Positions 1-10,810 of a DNA stretch of 19,468 nucleotides are shown one piece after another. Source of the stretch: Candidatus Thermofontivivens primus (lineage in GTDB: Bacteria; Sysuimicrobiota; Sysuimicrobiia; Sysuimicrobiales; Thermofontiviventaceae); assembly GCA_031458695.1 (NCBI GenBank), contig JAVKJW010000039.1, positions 1-19,468 of the forward strand, read 5' to 3'. The position numbers were made by a program, and so were the translations under genes. The notes beneath the pieces are model-generated. The model had not been told where the DNA came from and ran no database searches. It saw only the letters and a program-made list of their open reading frames with translations. Every line of letters begins with the position of its first letter. Position 1 is the stretch's first letter.

Positions 1-228
1 CTCGATCGGGATACCTTTCATCCTCGCAAAATTCTCGAAGAACGCTCTGGTCTCCGAGAATCCGAACTGATGGTCATAGAATTCTTTTGCAATCGCATCT
101 GCGACGCGCTCAGCCCATCCCGTGAGTCGCTTCAGGATATGGATATCTTCTTCTGCGAAACGCAAAAACTGCTTCCTGAGCTTTAGATTGGTGTCGTTAA
201 TTCTGTACAGCCTGGTCAATTGCTCCAT
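1..228 (-). CDS. Globin-coupled sensor / protoglobin-domain protein, N-terminal part (runs off window edge)
   Basis: Not in the ORF track. My translation from ATG at 228: MEQLTRLYRINDTNLKLRKQFLRFAEEDIHILKRLTGWAERVADAIAKEFYDHQFGFSETRAFFENFARMKGIPIE. The R..FL.F..ED...L..L and EFY.H pattern is typical of sensor globins. Purine-rich RBS (AGAAGGGGGGA) upstream. Confidence 0.75.
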   Translation of the reverse strand, partial: MEQLTRLYRINDTNLKLRKQFLRFAEEDIHILKRLTGWAERVADAIAKEFYDHQFGFSETRAFFENFARMKGIPIE

Positions 229-714
229 CTCGGTCCCCCCTTCTAATACACTTCCGATAGAACGGGAAGCCTGACTTCGTTTGTGTTCTTTCCGTTGGGG
301 TAGCAACCCCTATGCCAAAGGAGATCGAAAAGGTCCCCTTTTTATAGACTTATGTAGCAGTCATGAGCTTACCGTCGGGAGATATCCTAATGAAAGGAGT
401 AGGTGATGGAGATCCTCTGTTGATCACCTTAAGTTGTAGACGGATTTTACCTCACCTGCCGTTTCTTCCACTGGCCCTGATGAATCTCCTGGAGATTGAG
501 AAAGGTTTCAGCCCTCCTTACTCTATCAGATCTACCCAGAAACTCCTCTACTCCGCAAGAACGGGAGAATCACATTGTCCCGTGAGCTAGGGCACCGTCT
601 CCCGCAGCTGGTCCAGACTTTCCCGGGTCATCCTTCCTAATTCCTCAGAGAAGGACTCACGGAGGAATCGGAGGCTGTGCACGGCGAATATAACAATCGC
701 GGGGCAACTGGACT

Positions 715-1662
715 ATGCGGAACCAACCGAGACAAGAAAGGAGTTCGCGGCAAGCAGAACTCCCCTTCACGGGGCCGTTATCTTTCTTCAAGGCCCCCTA
801 TCATCCCTTCTGGGAATCCTGGGAAGCGGACGTAGGCCTCCTGGGAATCCCCTATGACTTCGGAGTGGGGTTTCGTCCAGGAGCACGGTTCGCCCCCAAT
901 GCCCTTCGGGAAGCCTCCAGCCGATATGCCCTCGGACCAGAGGGGTACTACGATTGGGAGGCCGAGCAGTTCCGGCTTGTTAACGTGCGGATCGTAGATG
1001 CAGGGGATGTGGATCCTGCGCAGCTGGAGTACCAGGAGTCCTTCCGCCGGATCACCGAGGCCGTACGTGAGCTTCGACGCAAGGTCCGTCTCCCTGTTTT
1101 CGTGGGCGGAGATCACTCCGTGACCTACCCGATCCTGCGGGCTTACGACGACCTCCCAGAGCTCTTCGTCCTGCAGCTCGATGCCCACCTGGACTTCTCT
1201 GAGAGCAGGAATAGCACCCGCTACTCCAACTCCAGCCCCTTCCGCCGGGCAGTGGAGATGCTGCCCTTCCTCCGGAACATCACTGTGATCGGGCTCCGTG
1301 GCCTGCGCACTAACCCTGAAGCCTATCGGGCGGCCCGGGAACGGGGACACACCTTGATCTCTGCCCGACAGGTCCGCGAGGACGTAGAAGGGGTTCTGGA
1401 AGCCCTTCCCAGGGATCGCAACCTTTACGTGAGCCTTGACATCGACGTACTCGACCCCTCCGTTGCGCCCGGAACCGGAAGCCCTGAGCTCGACGGGTTG
1501 CATTACAGCGAGGTCACTCGCATCCTCCAAGCCGCTATCCAGCGGAATCGTTTAGTGGGCGCAGATCTCGTGGAACTGGCACCTAACCTGGATCCAAGCG
1601 GCCTCACTGCTCTCACGGGCGCGCGCCTGCTCGCGGACATCCTGATCTACTGGTGGGGATAG
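715..1662 (+). CDS. Ureohydrolase (arginase/agmatinase family), probable formimidoylglutamase by context
   Basis: Motifs GIPYD..G.RPGARFAP, GGDHS, DAHLD, SLDIDVLDP..APGTG and DLVEL.P. Convergent with hutI, 3' ends overlap by 16 bp. Family is certain; substrate is inferred. Confidence 0.85.
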   Translation: MRNQPRQERSSRQAELPFTGPLSFFKAPYHPFWESWEADVGLLGIPYDFGVGFRPGARFAPNALREASSRYALGPEGYYDWEAEQFRLVNVRIVDAGDVDPAQLEYQESFRRITEAVRELRRKVRLPVFVGGDHSVTYPILRAYDDLPELFVLQLDAHLDFSESRNSTRYSNSSPFRRAVEMLPFLRNITVIGLRGLRTNPEAYRAARERGHTLISARQVREDVEGVLEALPRDRNLYVSLDIDVLDPSVAPGTGSPELDGLHYSEVTRILQAAIQRNRLVGADLVELAPNLDPSGLTALTGARLLADILIYWWG

Positions 1663-2830
1663 ACCCGTTCTCCGGCCACATAAACGCTGTGTACCATGCT
1701 GTCCCCCCACCAGTAAAAGAGCTCCAGAGCCTCCCGAGAGTTCACCACTAGGAAGTCCGCCATTGCACCGTTTATGAGCCGGCCTAGCTCTGGCTTTCCT
1801 AGGGCAAGCGCGGCGTTCGCCGTGCCTGCTACCAGCGCCTCCTCCACCGAAAGGCCACCGAGCGCGACCGCAAGCTGCAAAGCCAGTAACAGGGAGTACA
1901 CCGGCGAGGAGCCCGGGTTGTGATCAGTGGCCACAGCCACTTTTACTCCTGCGTCCCACATCCTGCGCGCGTCAGGGAGCGGCTTCCGTAATACCACGGC
2001 TGCTACCGGGAGAATCACTCCCACGGTCCCACTTTGCGCCAGCGCCTTCCAATCCTCGGGGATGGTCGCCTCCAAGTGGTCAGCTGACAGACCTCCGAGT
2101 TCCGACAACAGACGGGTCGCCCCAGTGCGTTCGAACTGCTCCGCGTGGGCCTTGATTCTTAACCCGTGGCGCAGTGCGGCCTCCAAGATCTGTCGTGTTT
2201 CGTCCAGGGTAAACCCACCCCTATCGCAGAAAACGTCCACTGCTTCAGCAAGCCTTCCACGCGCCACCTCCGGGATCAGCTCTTCGGTGATCGCTTGGAT
2301 ATATGCTTCCCGTTCCCACCCGGTTGGGATCACGTGAGCAAGAAACGTGGGGAAGACCCGACAGGGTCCCTCTTCCCCGAGGCGCCGGATCACCCGAAGG
2401 AGCCGAATCTCGTGTTCCACCGTGAGGCCGTATCCAGATTTGATCTCCACGGTGGTCACTCCACCAGCCAGAAGCTTCCTCAGGCGTGCCCGTGCGAGGT
2501 TCAGGAGTTCCTCCTCGGAGGCCGCTTGGGTGGCTCGGACGGTTCTGTGGATCCCTCCTCCCGCTTCCAAAAAAGCCTCGTAAGACTCCCCTTGTGCTCG
2601 CCGGAGATACTCCTCAAGGCGGCTGCCCGCGTATACGAGGTGGGTGTGGGCATCCACGAGCCCCGGGAGTACCCCTCTGCCCCCCAGATCCTCCCGAGGC
2701 CAGGATCGATATTCCGCCGGGAGGGCACCTTCAGGTCCCATCCAGGAAATCCGGCCGTCCCGGACAGCGATCGCAGCCTGTTCCAGGCGCTCGAAGGGTG
2801 TGTAAAGCGCAGAGATCCCCGTGAAGACCT

Positions 2831-2834
<4 letters not shown>
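1647..2834 (-). CDS. hutI: Imidazolonepropionase
   Basis: [52 protein letters not shown] and [10 protein letters not shown] motifs. 4-bp overlap with the hutU stop. Confidence 0.96.
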
Positions 2835-4495
<1,661 letters not shown>

Positions 4496-4525
4496 CGACA
4501 CCTCACCTCCCCCATTCCCCTCTCG

Positions 4526-5236
4526 TCATTCCACTGTGACACGGAGCCCGTAACTCTCCACCAACCTCGGGTGACGTGCCACCTCTGCGGAGCTTCCCGC
4601 AAGGACGATCCGACCCGCCTCCATGATGTAAGCATGCTCGGCGTACTGCAAAGCCAACCGAGTGTTCTGCTCCACCATGAGGATGGAAAGCCCTACTTGG
4701 TGTACTCTAGAGAGCACCTGGAAAAATTCGCGCACCACCTTGGGCATCAGGCCCAAGGAGGCCTCATCAAGGAGCAGAAGTTTCGGCCTGCACATAAGGG
4801 CCCGTCCCAGGGAGAGCATCTGTTGTTCTCCTCCAGAAAGGGTTCCCGCAGGTTGTTGGTCGCGTTCCGCCAGCCGCGGAAACAGGGCATAGACTTCCTC
4901 CAGAGCCTTACGTTTCTCCTCGTCGGGAAGTCGGTAGCCTCCTAACAGCAGGTTCTCCCGGACGGTGAGCCTGGGAAAGATCCGCCGCCCCTCCGGCGCG
5001 TACCCTAGCCCCCTCTGAGCCCGCTCCCAAGCGGGCAGGCTGGAGAGCTCCTCCCCGAGGAAGCGCACAGAGCCCCGGTGCGGGACCAGTCCGAGGATTG
5101 CCTTAAGGAGCGTAGTTTTGCCAGCCCCATTGGGGCCGAGCAAGGCCACCCACGCGCCTTCCGCTACCCGGAGGCTAACGTTGTCCACCGCTAGGGCCCT
5201 CCCGTAGTACACGGTGATCCCTTCGACCTCAAGCAT
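4526..5236 (-). CDS. LIV-family ABC transporter ATP-binding subunit (LivF-like)
   Basis: Walker A GPNGAGKTT, PEGRRIF, LSGGEQQML, LLLDE, VEQN. Confidence 0.95.
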   Translation of the reverse strand: MLEVEGITVYYGRALAVDNVSLRVAEGAWVALLGPNGAGKTTLLKAILGLVPHRGSVRFLGEELSSLPAWERAQRGLGYAPEGRRIFPRLTVRENLLLGGYRLPDEEKRKALEEVYALFPRLAERDQQPAGTLSGGEQQMLSLGRALMCRPKLLLLDEASLGLMPKVVREFFQVLSRVHQVGLSILMVEQNTRLALQYAEHAYIMEAGRIVLAGSSAEVARHPRLVESYGLRVTVE

Positions 5237-5975
5237 CCTCCCTCTCTCCCAGATAGGCTTGAATCACCTGCGGATCCCTCCGAACTTGCTCCGGATTTCC
5301 CTCCGCGATTACCCGTCCTGCATCCATCACGACGGCACGATCGCAGACCGGTAACGCCATGCGTACATTGTGCTCAACCAGCACCATGGTGACTTGCCCG
5401 CGCAGGGATAGAAGCACATCCAAGAGCTGTTCGGATTCCTGCAGGTGTAGTCCGGCGAGAGGTTCGTCCAGTAAAAGGAGTTTTGGCTGCAGGGCAAGAC
5501 TTCGGGCGACCTCGAGCAGCTTGAGTAACCCAAGGGGAAGGTTCCTGGCACGTTCGTGCGCCCACGCGGCGAGTCCCACCAGCTCAAGAATCTCCATGGC
5601 CTGTTTTCGACGAGCCAGGCTGTCATAAGGACGCAGAGGGAGCAACCGGGTAAGCTCCTGCTGAGCGAGAGGCACCAATACGTTGTCCAGCACAGTCAGC
5701 TCGCCGAAGGGCTGCACGATCTGGAATGTGCGGGCGATCCCTTTCCTGGCACGAACATGAGGCGGTAGATAAGTAATCTTCTCCCCAAAGAAGAAGATCT
5801 CTCCGCTATCTGGCTTCAGGGTGCCAGAGATCAGGTTGAAGAGAGTCGTTTTCCCAGCTCCATTCGGTCCAAAAAGCCCCAACAGCTCCCCTTTTTGAAC
5901 ATGAAGATGAACATCCGTCACCGCGAACACTCCACCGAAGCGCTTCGACAGATTACGAACCTCGAGGACGGTCAT
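5229..5975 (-). CDS. LIV-family ABC transporter ATP-binding subunit (LivG-like)
   Basis: True start is MTVLEVRNLSKRFGG at 5975 (ATGA overlap with the permease stop), not 6419. GPNGAGKTT, GIARTFQ, LLLDEP.AGL, VEHN and V..AYLG motifs. Confidence 0.94.
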   Translation of the reverse strand: MTVLEVRNLSKRFGGVFAVTDVHLHVQKGELLGLFGPNGAGKTTLFNLISGTLKPDSGEIFFFGEKITYLPPHVRARKGIARTFQIVQPFGELTVLDNVLVPLAQQELTRLLPLRPYDSLARRKQAMEILELVGLAAWAHERARNLPLGLLKLLEVARSLALQPKLLLLDEPLAGLHLQESEQLLDVLLSLRGQVTMVLVEHNVRMALPVCDRAVVMDAGRVIAEGNPEQVRRDPQVIQAYLGEREDA

Positions 5976-6784
5976 AGGATCCTCCCCAGAAGCCCCTGTG
6001 GCCGGTACCGCATGATGAGGGCGAGCAACAGACCGTAGAGCACGAGCTGGTAGTTGTAAACAAAAGCAAACGCCTGGGCGAACCCGCCAAGCAGAAACGC
6101 TCCAGCTACAGGGCCCCAGAGGGTACCCATTCCTCCTACCGCCACCATGGCGAGGAAGGTGACGGAAAGGGGAAATCCGAAATCTTCCGGGCGGATCACT
6201 CCAATATACCCTGCGTAAAGGCCGCCGGCCAGCCCGGCGATGCCTGTCCCCAGCACGAACGCAGTTATCTTGAACCGGCGGACATCTACACCAAGTGTTT
6301 CCGCCGCTAGCTCGGACTCCCGCAGACTCATCAAGGCGAGCCCAAGGTCCGAGCGCCGCACATGCTCGTGGAGCCACATCACTGCCAAAGTGCTCACCAG
6401 GATGAGGAGAAAGAACCATGTATTCCCTAGAGGCCTAGGGATCCCACTGATGCCGTAGGCACCCCCGAAGTAGGGAAGATACAGGAAGGCGGCCACCACC
6501 ACAAAATTGAATCCGATGGTGGCAATAGCTAGGAAATCCTCCCGAAGGCGGAGACTAATACCGCCGAGTAGAAGCCCAAGTCCAGCGGCTATAAAAACCC
6601 CCACAGGCCAGGCAAGGAAGAAGGGCAATCCCCCGGTGGTCAGGAACCCTACCGCATACGCACCGATTCCGAAGAAAGCCGCGTGCCCCAGCGTTACCTG
6701 GCCGGCTAGGCCCGTGACCAGGTTCAGAGAAACCGCCACGATGGCGTAGATGCAGAGCAGACTGAGAACGGTGATCGAGTACAT
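5972..6784 (-). CDS. LIV-family ABC transporter permease (LivM-like)
   Basis: SLNLVTGLAGQVTLGHAAFFGIGAY, LRLREDFLAIATIGF, GGMGTLWGP and RPQGLLG motifs; hydrophobic. Confidence 0.95.
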   Translation of the reverse strand: MYSITVLSLLCIYAIVAVSLNLVTGLAGQVTLGHAAFFGIGAYAVGFLTTGGLPFFLAWPVGVFIAAGLGLLLGGISLRLREDFLAIATIGFNFVVVAAFLYLPYFGGAYGISGIPRPLGNTWFFLLILVSTLAVMWLHEHVRRSDLGLALMSLRESELAAETLGVDVRRFKITAFVLGTGIAGLAGGLYAGYIGVIRPEDFGFPLSVTFLAMVAVGGMGTLWGPVAGAFLLGGFAQAFAFVYNYQLVLYGLLLALIMRYRPQGLLGRIL

Positions 6785-6790
6785 CGTTCG

Positions 6791-7657
6791 CTATCCCTGA
6801 ATCCGGCTGGCCAGCAGTCCCTGAGGACGGAAGAGGAGCACCAGGATCATGGCAAGGAAGGCCACCCCTTCCGGAGGGAACTGGTTCCCGAGGAAAGCAG
6901 TGGCGATGGATTCGATGACACCCAGGAGGACCCCGGCCACCACGGTTCCCCATGGATTGCCCAGTCCCCCAAGGACTACCACAGCCAGAGCCTTATAGGC
7001 TGGCACAGACCCCATAGAAGGGTAAATCTGGTTATAGTAGGCACCCACCAAGATGCCCGCAACTCCAGCAAGCCCGCTTGCCAAAGCAAAGGCCATCCGG
7101 GTGTACCGGGGCAGTGGGATCCCCACAGCCGCTGCCATCTCCAGGTCCTGCGCGATGGCTTTCCAACTGAGGCCCAGCGCAGTCCGGTTCGTGACCACGT
7201 AGACCAAGAGGAAGAGCAGGACCGTGCTTCCCACCACCGCAACCTGCGGGAGTGTGAGCGGGCTGAGGATTGGACGGGGCGGTAGTACGGGGAAGCTCTG
7301 CTGGTAGGGGCCGAACAGGATACGCAGCAGGTCCCCCACAGCTACAAAAAGCCCGATAGATCCGATCAGAGGGACAAGGGGAGGTTTCCCTTGGAGGGGG
7401 CGATAAAACCACCACTCAAGGAAAACCCCCACGATCACAGCCAGCAAGGTTCCGACGACGATAGTTCCTCCCAGGTTTCCCGTCAGCGTGTAGGCGAGCC
7501 ATCCTCCATAGGCTCCCACGGCGTACACTCCCGCATGGGCCACGTGTAGGACCCGGAGAAGTCCATAGACAAGAGTGAGCCCGAACGCTGTCAGTGCATA
7601 GATCGATCCCACCGCCAACCCGTCAACGGTTAGTGCTGCCAGAGTGCTCCAGTCCAC
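6791..7657 (-). CDS. LIV-family ABC transporter permease (LivH-like)
   Basis: GSIYAL.A.GLTLVYG, AHAG, VVLGGLGN..G and LLFRPQGL motifs. GTG start. Confidence 0.95.
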   Translation of the reverse strand: MDWSTLAALTVDGLAVGSIYALTAFGLTLVYGLLRVLHVAHAGVYAVGAYGGWLAYTLTGNLGGTIVVGTLLAVIVGVFLEWWFYRPLQGKPPLVPLIGSIGLFVAVGDLLRILFGPYQQSFPVLPPRPILSPLTLPQVAVVGSTVLLFLLVYVVTNRTALGLSWKAIAQDLEMAAAVGIPLPRYTRMAFALASGLAGVAGILVGAYYNQIYPSMGSVPAYKALAVVVLGGLGNPWGTVVAGVLLGVIESIATAFLGNQFPPEGVAFLAMILVLLFRPQGLLASRIQG

Positions 7658-7673
7658 CCGCTATCGCTCCCTC

Positions 7674-8825
7674 TCACGGCTTCAGAAGAGAGAGATCTGT
7701 GTAGTTCCGGAACCGGCGGAACTCTCCGTTCCGCACCACCTGTACCGTGGCGGTCTTCACCGGGTCTCCGTCCTCCGTGAAATAGTAGATGTGGCCCACT
7801 GCGCTCTCCAGGTTCGTGAGAGAACGCAGCGCCCAACGGACAGCCTCCGAATCCAGCCTATTGGCTTTCTCGACGGATAGCGCCATGACCTTGAGCGCGG
7901 AGAACCCAGAAGCAGCTACCATGTCCGCGGGGATTCCCGCCCGCTCCCGGTATTTCTTGAGGAAGCCCTGGACCTCCGGGTTGCGGCTATCGCGGTCCAG
8001 GGTCGTGGTGAGCAGGACGCCCTCAGCTGCGGGGCCTGCCAGTTCGATGAACTTCGGAGAGTCGTACCCTTCTTGCCCGATGATGGGCACACGGAGACCC
8101 AGGGCACGGGCTTGGCGCACCAAGTTGGCCGCCTCGGCATAGTACCCGCTAGCATAGATGGCGTCCGGAGCAACACCCCGCAATCGGGTGAGAAGGGGCG
8201 TAAAGTTTTGGTTACCAGGAGGATAGGCTTCCGCGAAGACAACTTCCAGACCGACCTTCTTCGCATGCTCACGGAAGCCCGCCTCGAGGGCCCTTCCGAA
8301 GTCGTTCTGGATGGTCAGTATGGCAACCCGCTTGAGCTTCAGATCCTTCACTAGTTGGGCTCCTACCCTCCCCTGCACTGGCCCAAGCAGCCCCATACGG
8401 AAAGCGAACGGTTTAGCCCGGGTGATATCAGGATGGACCGCGTAGGCGGCCATAAAGAGAACGCCGGCCTCGTTGGCCACCGGAGAGGCCGCTAGGCTAG
8501 CGCCACTGTAGGATCCCCCGATGATGAAGGCCACCCGTTCGAGCTCGATGAGCCGGCGTGTGAAGCTCACCGCCTGCTTAGGGTCAGCCTGGTCATCGTA
8601 CGTAACCAGCTCCACACGTCGACCCAAGATGCCGCCTTTTGCGTTGATCTCCTCTGCCGCGATCTGAATTCCGGTCAGCACACTTTTCCCGTCCGCAGCG
8701 GCGAAGCCTGAGAGTGGTGCTAGGACGCCCACTTTGATGGGAGGCATTTGCGAAAACCCCGCAGTTCCGAGGCTCCCTAGCGCAAGGGCGAGGACCAAAG
8801 TGAACAATGCCAGTACCTTTCTCAT
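7674..8825 (-). CDS. LIV-family ABC transporter substrate-binding protein
   Basis: Signal peptide, IKVGVLAPLSG, EINAKGGILGR.VELV.YDD..DP. Strong RBS GAGGAGGGGAG. Confidence 0.95.
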   Translation of the reverse strand: MRKVLALFTLVLALALGSLGTAGFSQMPPIKVGVLAPLSGFAAADGKSVLTGIQIAAEEINAKGGILGRRVELVTYDDQADPKQAVSFTRRLIELERVAFIIGGSYSGASLAASPVANEAGVLFMAAYAVHPDITRAKPFAFRMGLLGPVQGRVGAQLVKDLKLKRVAILTIQNDFGRALEAGFREHAKKVGLEVVFAEAYPPGNQNFTPLLTRLRGVAPDAIYASGYYAEAANLVRQARALGLRVPIIGQEGYDSPKFIELAGPAAEGVLLTTTLDRDSRNPEVQGFLKKYRERAGIPADMVAASGFSALKVMALSVEKANRLDSEAVRWALRSLTNLESAVGHIYYFTEDGDPVKTATVQVVRNGEFRRFRNYTDLSLLKP

Positions 8826-8852
8826 AGCTCTCCCCTCCTCACCTAGGTTTCT

Positions 8853-9668
8853 TTATCGATATCTTCCGCCTGAGGGACTACGTAGATTCTGTTCGATCTC
8901 GCGAGCGGTCTGCACAGTCTTCTCCACGAGGAACTTCAAACGATCTTCGTTGGTCCGAAATACCGGTGCCACTACGCTCAGCGCACCTTCCAGAACGTTT
9001 CCCTCTCCGAAAATGGGGACGCCCACTGCACACGCTCCGGGGTCCACCTCACTCTCGCTCACCGCATATCCATCAGCCCTGATCCGGCGAATAGCCTCAG
9101 GTAAGGAAGCATACAGATGAGGGGCCTGCACCCGCGCTTCGGCAAGGACTTCCTCGATCTGGGAATCCTCCAAGAACGCGAGCAACGCCTTAGCGGATGC
9201 GCCTGCGTAAAGAGGTCGTTCCACGCCTGGCCGGAAGGAGTAATGGATGGGCAACGGGCTTTCCACGGCTTCGATGCACATGGCCCGGTTCCCCACGGTG
9301 ACCGTGAGAAGCACCGTCTCCTGCGTCTCCCGACAGAGCTTCTCCATGAGAGGCCGTGCGTGGGTCGCTAGGTTGAAACTTCGACGGAAGGCCGTCCACA
9401 AGGTGACCGCCTTTGGCCCCACGGTATAACGACCATCATCGCCTACGCGCCGAACAAGCCCAAACTCCGTGAGCGGAAGAAGATACCGGTACACTGTGCT
9501 CAGGGGGATTCGGAGCTGGTGCGCCACCTCCCTGGCCGTCAAGGGACGTCCCTCCTCAGCTATGAGCATGAGCGTTCGGAGCGCCCGCTCTAGCGTCCGC
9601 AAAACAGATGCAGAGGAATTCCTCTCTTCCGAATTCCGAGGCTTCGATTTTTGCTTCCTCTCCGTCAT
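8853..9668 (-). CDS. IclR-family transcriptional regulator (probable hut/transport operon regulator)
   Basis: N-terminal wHTH (LERALRTL...STVYRYL..L...GLV), then ETVLL, PLYAGASAKALLAF and IR..GYAVS..E...G...VGVPI effector-domain motifs. Confidence 0.95.
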   Translation of the reverse strand: MTERKQKSKPRNSEERNSSASVLRTLERALRTLMLIAEEGRPLTAREVAHQLRIPLSTVYRYLLPLTEFGLVRRVGDDGRYTVGPKAVTLWTAFRRSFNLATHARPLMEKLCRETQETVLLTVTVGNRAMCIEAVESPLPIHYSFRPGVERPLYAGASAKALLAFLEDSQIEEVLAEARVQAPHLYASLPEAIRRIRADGYAVSESEVDPGACAVGVPIFGEGNVLEGALSVVAPVFRTNEDRLKFLVEKTVQTAREIEQNLRSPSGGRYR

Positions 9669-9681
9669 TTTCTCTCTTTAT

Positions 9682-9695
9682 GAGAATACATTCTC
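9682..9695. promoter_or_regulatory. Palindromic candidate operator GAGAAT-ac-ATTCTC upstream of iclR
   Basis: Perfect 6-2-6 inverted repeat 13 bp upstream of the ATG, in an AT-rich patch immediately downstream of a minus-strand TTGAAA (-35-like). Confidence 0.5.
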
Positions 9696-9724
9696 TTATT
9701 TCAAGACGCAAGTGGGGTTCTCCT

Positions 9725-9907
9725 TCACAAAAACGGATTTCCGTGAACAAGGGTTATCGCACCGTAGCTGCGGTATCTCCTAGCCAGGCGGCGGAAGTGA
9801 CGAACAGAGAACCACAGGAGTTGGTTGGCCTGCTCAGTGGTAATCTGCCGTGCCTGAAGACTATTGAGGACCATATGCGCTAGCTTTGCTAGGAAGCGGA
9901 TATCCAC
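9725..9907 (-). pseudogene. Transposase N-terminal HTH remnant (ISNCY/IS481-like)
   Basis: VLNSLQARQITTEQANQLLWFSVRHFRRLARRYRSYGAITLVHGN matches the pattern IT..EAA.LLGLS.RQ.RRL...Y...G...L.HGN of such transposases. It stops after 60 aa with no DDE domain. Confidence 0.7.
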
Positions 9908-10037
9908 TTGAACCGAGGAGAGGCGTGGCCCCTCTGATTCAAGTTGGTTTACTCACCCTTAAAGCTTAAGGAGACCTGTGAACCTTTGTCTACTTCCCCC
10001 GTAAAACTGTCATACGGTCAGGAAGAGGCAGGAGGTG

Positions 10038-10067
10038 TTGACAACTTCTGTGTCCAGGTGCTATGTT
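10038..10067 (+). promoter_or_regulatory. Sigma70-type promoter upstream of the fluoride riboswitch
   Basis: TTGACA (10038-43), 18-nt spacer ending in TGn, then TATGTT (10062-67), about 20 nt before the aptamer. Confidence 0.7.
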
Positions 10068-10086
10068 TCAAACAAGGAAATCAAAA

Positions 10087-10140
10087 ACGGCGATGGGGCT
10101 CGCCGTCTCTGCCTGCATTCGCAGGCTGATAGCTCCTACC
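10087..10140 (+). ncRNA. Fluoride riboswitch (crcB motif) aptamer
   Basis: GGCGATGGGGCTCGCC...GCTGATAGCTCCTAC matches the GGCGAUGRnGUUCGCC...GCURAUGRCnYCUAC consensus. P1 ACGGCGA/TCGCCGT, hairpin GCCTGC-attc-GCAGGC, pseudoknot GGGGCT/AGCTCC. Confidence 0.93.
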
Positions 10141-10161
10141 TGTGGTAGGAGCTTTTTATTT
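10131..10161 (+). terminator. Intrinsic terminator forming the riboswitch expression platform
   Basis: AGCTCCTACC-tgt-GGTAGGAGCT perfect 10-bp stem followed by TTTTATTT. Its 5' arm is the aptamer's pseudoknot strand, so the two folds are mutually exclusive. Confidence 0.9.
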
Positions 10162-10336
10162 CGCTTCACCCAATAGGTGAAGGGAAATCGTTCGCTCCAT
10201 GAACGAAGGTGTGCTTGGTATGCGGTTTGTGGCCACTACCACAGACAGAACTTGCGAAATCCGGGTTTCAGGAAGTATCCGACAAAATTCTTTCGACTTT
10301 CACCGGAGCATCTTCCGAAATTAGAGGGTACCTTGC

Positions 10337-10810
10337 TTGGAGATGCAGATTGTGCGCCTCACCCTTGCCCGGGAAGACTATGAGAAGATTACCTCCTTGC
10401 TGACGGACTGTGGCAAGTCCGTGGAAGAAGGCTTTGCCTGGCTTATCGGAGAGGGCGCCCACCACTACACTTGTGATCAGAAGGTATGGGAATCCCTCTC
10501 CGCTACAGGCACGCCTGAGCACGATCCAAAGAGATTGGAGCTCCAGTGGCGCGAAGCTGTCGCTCACCTCCTCTCGATGCGCGCGCGCACCTTGGAGACG
10601 GAAGAGAAAATGCATGCCCTGATTGAACAGGCGAACACCATGACCGCCGAGTACAGAGAGATTCGTAGCCGTCTCTTTGCCATGCAAGAGGAAAGAAGGC
10701 GACTACAGATGCTCCTGGCCAGTTCCACGCATCCCCGAGCAGAAGGGCCGACCGCCCGCAAAGGGTTTTGGGAAAGCATCCACCGGTTTCTGCGAAGTCT
10801 CCATGGCTGA
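10337..10810 (+). CDS. Hypothetical protein; putative RHH-like N-terminus, coiled coil and C-terminal amphipathic helix
   Basis: 157-aa ORF (start TTG 10337 or ATG 10343), GAGGG upstream, heptad-like middle region, overlaps next ORF by 8 nt. Confidence 0.7.
   Translation: MEMQIVRLTLAREDYEKITSLLTDCGKSVEEGFAWLIGEGAHHYTCDQKVWESLSATGTPEHDPKRLELQWREAVAHLLSMRARTLETEEKMHALIEQANTMTAEYREIRSRLFAMQEERRRLQMLLASSTHPRAEGPTARKGFWESIHRFLRSLHG

Noticed and set aside
363..590. 75-aa plus-strand ORF
   Set aside because: No RBS or recognisable motif; probably intergenic.
588..700. Minus-strand open stretch AIVIFAVHSLRFLRESFSEELGRMTRESLDQLRETVP
   Set aside because: Protein-like but short, with no convincing start or RBS and no family I can support.
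5976..6419. N-terminal extension of the 396-aa LivG ORF
   Set aside because: Overlaps the permease in another frame; the real start is 5975.
10677..10802. Extension of the 167-aa ORF
   Set aside because: Overlaps the upstream gene; similarity to the paralog begins at ATG 10803.
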